Below are positions 57,201 to 64,000 of a stretch of 64,000 nt of DNA, in pieces. The DNA is taken from the NCBI RefSeq assembly GCF_030684315.1, contig NC_081404.1, forward strand, positions 12,963,140 to 13,027,139, in the 5' to 3' direction. This DNA comes from Stegostoma tigrinum (lineage: Eukaryota). The number at the start of each line of letters is the position of its first letter. Positions within the stretch are counted from its first letter, which is position 1. The notes beneath the pieces are model-generated. The model made no database searches and was not told the origin of the DNA. It saw nothing but the letters and a program-made list of their open reading frames with translations. Position numbers and translations under genes: made by a program.

Positions 57201-60200
57201 GTCATTTGAAGTTCACCAAATGACTTCTGTAAAACTAGACTGTTTATATATATTAGATAACAGTTCTTTGAAGAACTTACTCACATAGTGGATGAGGGAA
57301 TCCCAATAAGTATTCTCTACCTGGATGTTCCAAATCTTTGGTTCGGTATCTCATGCCAGGTTATTAAGCAGGATTGTATCAGCAGGAATTTCAAACACTC
57401 AATTAGGAATTAGCTGTAATTCCACAGCGAAAATGTAGCAACTATTGGATTGCCTCAACCGAAACCCACATTACAGGTGATGTTCCTTAGAGATTGTTCA
57501 CAAGTTCCATCCTCTATCTTGTATTTAGGAATGATCCAGACAGTGATTTTGACAGTACAGTTGGTAAATTTACGGATTAAACCAAAATCTGTGCGCTGAT
57601 TAAGACAGTTGAGGGATGTGGTCAGTATAGAAATATAGATGTGCTTGGGTAAAGGTTCGCAAACTTCATTTCTTGAAAGAAATAGATTAATAATTATCGA
57701 TCCCTCCACGATCAAAATTAGAACACTGTACAATACTCATAATATGAACTCATTGCATATAGAGACTGTTTTCATAATACTTTTAATTACACAAGATTGC
57801 ACCTATACTCAGCGCAATGGTTATTGCACTCTACTCCCACCTCCCCTCCTCCAGACCTCACTCATTCTTTTTTACTTAATCACAGTGCCTCGGGTAATTG
57901 GCCATGTCACACACCTTGTTTGGTATGCCCTTTCACACCAGTTTGCAGATCCCCAGGAATATCTCAGACTGCAGGTGGAGAACACGTGCTCAGGAGTGGG
58001 TCGTACAATGTAAATTGCATTAAACATAGATAAATGTAAGGTCATACATGTTGGTCAAGCATGCAAAATAGATATATCACTTACAGGGAGCGATACTGAA
58101 GAGGCTGAGACATTTCAGTGTTATTCACACAGATGTTCTTGATCAATGTAGAAAAAGGCTTAAATAAAGCTCTTAGCATATTCAGTTACGTTGATGGAAC
58201 CATTTAGTACAAATGAAAGTATATAATTCAGTACCCTGTCAAATAGCTTAGCAAGCCACTTGATTCCACAATAGCTGCAAAATAAACCTGTAATAAGCAT
58301 AAAATTGAACACACCACCTGGCATGGGCTAAAGTACCCAACTAACCTCTTAGCATTTGTGTCAAAATTGAGAGAACTGTCCGGTGAACGATAGTCTTAAA
58401 TAATCATGCTCATCAAATTATCCCTTTCAGGTCACATCTCCATCACCATCCTGGATATGTTCTATCCCACCAGTAGGACTCATTTACCATCAGTGGTGGC
58501 ACAGTGGTATGTAATCAGGAGGGAGTGGTTTTGGGACCTCCAAATTGACACCAGACCCAATGAAGTCTCACGGCATCTGGTTAAGTATGGGCAAGGAAGT
58601 ATACTGCTTACCACGTACCACCCACCTTCAGTAGATCAATTAGTACTCAGTGTTGAACACCACTTGGAGAAAACACTGAGATTTACAAAAGCATGGAATG
58701 TACTTTTGTTAGGGCATCGGTGTCCATCACTATGATTGGCTGGTAGAAACACAAGTGACTGAACTGGCCAAGTTCTGAGGGATGCATTTGCCAAATTGGG
58801 CTTGTGATAAGGGAAAAGCCTACTTGACTTCTCCAATTTACCTATTGAAGATAAACCTGTCCACTACAGTGTTGGTAGGAGGCTTTGTTTAGTCTTTGAG
58901 GAAAACTGGCAAGGCACTTGTTGCTCATCCTTAATTGCCCTAAGACTGAGTGGACTATTAGACCATTTCAGAGGCAGTTAAGAGTCAATCACACTGCTCT
59001 GGGTCTGGAGTTACATTAATGCCCAATCATATAAGGGTAATATTTAAGATGTACAGATATAGAAAGGATGTTTCCTCATGTAGGGCAATCTAGAAGGAGA
59101 GGTCAAAGTTTTAGGATAAGGAAGATTTAAAAAGAGATGAGGAAAAATTACTTTTCTCAAAGGGTCATGAATCTGTGGAATTCACTACCTTAGAGTGTGG
59201 TGGAGGCTAGAACATTAAGTAAATTTAAAGAGGAGAGAGACAGATTTTTAACTAGTAATCGGTTGAAAGGTTTTGGAAAGGGCAGGAAAGTGGAGTTAAG
59301 GCTGAGAATGAGATCAGCCATGATCATATCAAATGGCAGATCGGGCTCGAAGGACTGAATTACCTATTCCTGCTCCTTGTTCTTATGGTATTATATTTCT
59401 TTCCCAAAAGGATGTTAGTGAACTGGATGGGTTTCCATGATAGTTTCATGCTCACTATTGCTGAGTCTTCCTTTCAGTTCCAGCTGTTTTTCAGATCACA
59501 TTCCCAAGGCATTAGCCTGGGTATTTGGATTATTGGTCCAGTGACATTACCACTACACACTGTTTATGGAAACAAAGACCTGCCTATGCACTGGAGACTT
59601 TCTCCAATAAGTGGCACATGTTATTTTTAATAAACCTGTATGGACGTGTGAGGGGAGTTGAGCCCAGACCTCCTGACCCAAGGTAGGGATGCTACCATTG
59701 TGCCACAAGATCCAAATAATGACCTGGACCTCCATACTACTACTCCAGTGTCATTACCATTACCCCACCATTTGCCCCTGATGTGGCACGTTAATGGGAA
59801 CAGATTTTTTTAATGTTAATGATAATTGGCAAGTGTTACAAAGTATTAATTGCCTAATTTTTAAAGGACCACACCACTACAACAAAAAAAAAGGAAAGTT
59901 AAATTAACAATTAGTTTGGGTGCCAAGAAGCCCTTTAGTCTCCTCCATGCCCATTGGTTACAGGAAGCCTTGAACATTTTGGCAGACATCAGGTGCCTGT
60001 TCAGAATTGATCTAACATCTCAAAACTCTTTCTTTCATGAGATGCTATTGATCACCATCTGCAGAATTGTACTCATGACATACCTTGGTTCACTCCCTGG
60101 CCTGAAAATAATGGTGGTGTGTTTTTGTTCACTCTAGGAATGTAGACTTCGCTGATAAATCCAGTAATAATTGTCTGTATTGCGTACTCTTCTCACATTC

Positions 60201-60306
60201 ATTATGAATGGTGCTGGACAATGAAAAGAAAAAAGAAAATCTTGAATTTACAGAGCACTTCTTGTGACCATCAGACATCTCGGTATTTACAGCCAATTAA
60301 ATACTT

Positions 60307-60401
60307 CTGATGAAGGGTCTAGGCCCGAAACGTCAGCTTTTGTGCCCTTAAGATGCTGCTTGGCCTGCTGTGTTCATCCAGCTCCACACTTTGTTATCTT
60401 G
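60307..60401 (+). mobile_element. 95-bp Penelope pLTR fragment inserted in a Deu-type SINE
   Basis: Begins at CTGATGA; flanked by AATACTT direct repeats (60300-60306, 60402-60408). Confidence 0.75.
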
Positions 60402-60718
60402 AATACTTTTGAAGTTTAGTCACTGTTGTCATGTAGAAAACATGGCAACCAGTTTGCACGCAACAAGTTTCTAGAAACAGAAATGTTATAATCACCAGAT
60501 ACACCACCCAAGGAAAATGGGGCCTCAGTATAATATCTCATTTGAAAGTCTACCTCTCCGACTGGAGTGAGCCTTCAGTACTGAAATGTCAGCCTTAATT
60601 TTTGTGCTCAAAAACTAAAGTCTGACTTGGTCCTGTTCCTTGTGAATCAAGAAGCACTTCTTTTAGCAACTAAACAATTAACAACAGGCTCATCTGCACA
60701 AATTGCAAACATTTACAC

Positions 60719-60949
60719 CCAAGATAACAAAGTGTGAAGCTGGATGAACAGAGCAGGCCAAGTGGCATCTCAAGAGCACAAAAGCTGACGTTTCGGGCCT
60801 AGACCCTTCATCGGCCCGATGAAGGGTCTAGGCCCGTAACGTCAGCTTTTGTGCTCCTGAGATGCCACTTGGCCTGCTCTGTTCATCCAGCTTCACACTT
60901 TGTTATCTTGGATTCTCCAGCATCTGCAGTTCCCACTATCTCTGATCAC
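60719..60949. mobile_element. Short fold-back Penelope family-1 insertion (near-perfect 193-bp palindrome plus tail)
   Basis: Arms 60719-60814 and 60816-60911 with a 1-nt spacer; TSD AACATTTACACCCAA at 60708-60722 and 60950-60964. Confidence 0.85.
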
Positions 60950-63068
60950 AACATTTACACCCAATTTCAGTATGATATAGATCCACCTTGGCCTCTGTTG
61001 AACTTCCCCATTATGGAAGCCAGCCCAGTCACCAATTCCTAATGCCTTTGAAAACGTGGCAGTGAGCTGCCTCTTTCAAAGTCTGAAATCCACGTAGGTA
61101 CACCCACAGTGATGTTAGGAAAAGGAGCTGACTTAGTCATCTGCAAAGTGATGGAAGATGTCATGAACAGTACAATCAAGTGGCACGTTCACCTACAACC
61201 TGTTCAACAATGCTCAGTGTTCCAACACAATCACTTGCATCAGACCTCACTATACCTAACATTGAGCTGAATGCCAGAGGTGAGCTCAGAGTGGCTGCCC
61301 TTGATATCATGTCAGCTTTTAACTGAGTGTTATTAAGGAGACTTCAAAAAATTGAAATCAATAAGAAACAGGGGAAAGACTGTCCACTGGCAGGATCCTA
61401 CCTAGCACAAGGGACAATGGCTGATAACAGCCAATAATTTCAGCCTGAGGACATTGGCTTGAGACATTCCTGCAACAACATCCTAGGCCCAACCATCTTA
61501 AACTGTTTAATCAGTGACCTGCCCCCCCCCCCCATCATAAGTGGGGATGTTCACTGATGATTTCACATTACATGTTAACATGGCTGTCTCCTTAGTCAAA
61601 TAAGGACTTTATGACTGCATGCAGCATTCAGGCTTGAGCTAAGTGGCACCTCACCTTTGCATCATACAAGTGCAAGCCAGTGACAATATTGAAAACAGAA
61701 TCTAATCACCTCCCTTCAGGCACTGCATAGCATTAATATTGTTGAATTCTCCACTGATATCCTGGGGAAACTGTTGAAAAGAAACTCTACTGGATCAGAG
61801 ATGTCAATACTGTGGGTATAGAAGGCTGGGTATCCTGCAGCAAGCGACTCATTTCCTGACTCAACACCTTCAAGAGAGGAAATACTTTCTCAAGGGTAGT
61901 GTGGTTAAGGGCATGGGGAAGAAAAAGAGAGAGAAAGAGAAAAAGAGAAAGAAAAAAAAAGAAAAAGAGGAAAAAAGCTGCTAACTATGCCAACAACAGT
62001 CACAATGAAATATTTGTGCACATCCTTGGTTAGACTGCATCTGTTGTACTGAGGGACGGACGGACAAGGTGGTGTCTTGTCATAATGCAGGGGGGGGAAA
62101 AAAAAAGTGGAAAAAGAGCAAAGAGAGCAGGGCAGGGCAGGCAGTGGCTGTTGCACCTTCTCCTGCCTTGAAAACCACCCCCCCCCCCCCAACCCCCAAA
62201 CCAAACACACTATAGCCCTGGCTTTAATATTCTCTCTCTCCCTCTCTAGGGCTGGGGACCTGGGGGCTTCAGTTGTCAGGGGCTGAAGCTGTTGAATTCT
62301 GTCCCTTGCTAAAATTGCAGAGATCTACTTCAATTAGCATTTAGGTGGCTTCAGGTTTAAATTTGAACAGTGGTCTGTGAAGTGCCACAGTCTTACTATA
62401 TTAATGATACACTAAGCACAAGTCTAGGTTGTTTAAACAACAAAATGAAGAAAGTTATGTAATCAAAAAATCAGTCATGTGTTCCTAAGGAGTGAATTAG
62501 ATAAAGGAGGAAGATGCAAACTTAACTCCCAGTTTTGTTTAAAAAAAGATTAGGGTTCACATGAAATATGACAAAGTGAGAATTAGGTCTTAGCCAGAGG
62601 TAAAGATAAAGGTCATGAGATATTTCTAAGTATTGTGTTTTATCACATCTTAACCAAACCACTAACCTTAGCTCCTTTTCCAAGGAGGCTGTTCTATTTT
62701 CTGGTGTATTGGGAATGTTACTTTCTCCTCCCAACCCCATAAAATGGGCCACCCTTCTTGCTTTATAAATCACCCCAGTATAATTGCATTGGAATTTTAA
62801 TTAATCAGAACACAAATGCAAGCAAATTGTCTCAAACATTCAATACATCTCTGCAATAGAAGGACTGCATTCAAGTCCCTGTTTAACCTTTAAAAAATCT
62901 GATGATTTTTGGAACTTTTACATTGGAGTGTTGGCAGCTGCCCTGAAGTCCATTTAATACTAAAAATAAGTGTGCTATCCATATTACCGATAGAGAAGGA
63001 GTGCAGTCTTTTTGATCCATTCAACAAACATTAAAATGCAGTGAGGCGGATGAGTGACAGGGATTTTT

Positions 63069-63074
63069 TTTATT
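63069..63074 (-). terminator. Poly(A) signal of tubulin copy 3
   Basis: AATAAA on the minus strand, in a context homologous to copy 2. Confidence 0.65.
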
Positions 63075-63554
63075 GATAATTCAACAGAGCCAGAACATGA
63101 GTTGCATTTGTAACAGAGGTTGGCTGTACAGCTGTCTCAATTTAAAGTGTACATTATGAAAGATTACAACTAAGAAAGGAGTTGAAACTCATGTTTAAAA
63201 AAGAAAAGCCAAAAAATTTACCCACTGACTTAAAGCCAGTTGAGGTCAACTGCAAAGGCTTGGCATAATGTTGACTATAGTACAGCATGAGACAACATTG
63301 GGTAGAAGAAAAGTTGTGGAAAACAGTAAGAGTATAGAATAAAATAAATATGGAATGCAAAGATTATTAAAACTGATTAAACATTAATAGACATGACTTA
63401 AGCAACAGCATTTAACTGATATTTAACAAAGTGAAAGACCAGACCACTTCAAATTGGTTAACCTGCAATTACAATTCCCCATGTTTAAACTCAATATTTT
63501 ATGCTTTAATCTTGGCTCCCTGTTACAGCAGCACCATATTGTGATGTCAAAAAC

Positions 63555-64000
<446 letters not shown>

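Noticed and set aside
61915-62200. Purine-rich and poly-C tracts
   Set aside because: Simple low-complexity sequence with no further organisation that I could support.

Overview
Eukaryotic vertebrate DNA, most likely from a shark (inferred from HE1-like and Deu-domain SINEs, CR1/HER1-like LINEs and Penelope-like elements). The window holds the 5' end of LMBR1L (coding exons 1-3, minus strand) followed by a tandem minus-strand alpha-tubulin cluster: two complete 4-exon genes of 451 aa and the 3' end of a third. This matches the LMBR1L-TUBA1B-TUBA1A order known from mammals. The most notable observations are: (i) tubulin copies 1 and 2 share an apparently identical 4,014-bp block (promoter, introns, CDS) that ends at the stop codon, while copy 2 carries a 3' UTR homologous to copy 3; (ii) copy 3 differs from copies 1/2 only in a small patch around the S340/T340 isotype residue; (iii) Penelope-like retroelements carry minimal hammerhead-ribozyme cores and repeatedly insert as fold-back palindromes with 13-15-bp target duplications; (iv) an unexplained ~85-nt hairpin lies at 57.1 kb. 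Exon boundaries and motif positions were read by hand. Transposon boundaries are approximate and family names come from recalled consensus features, not from a database search.
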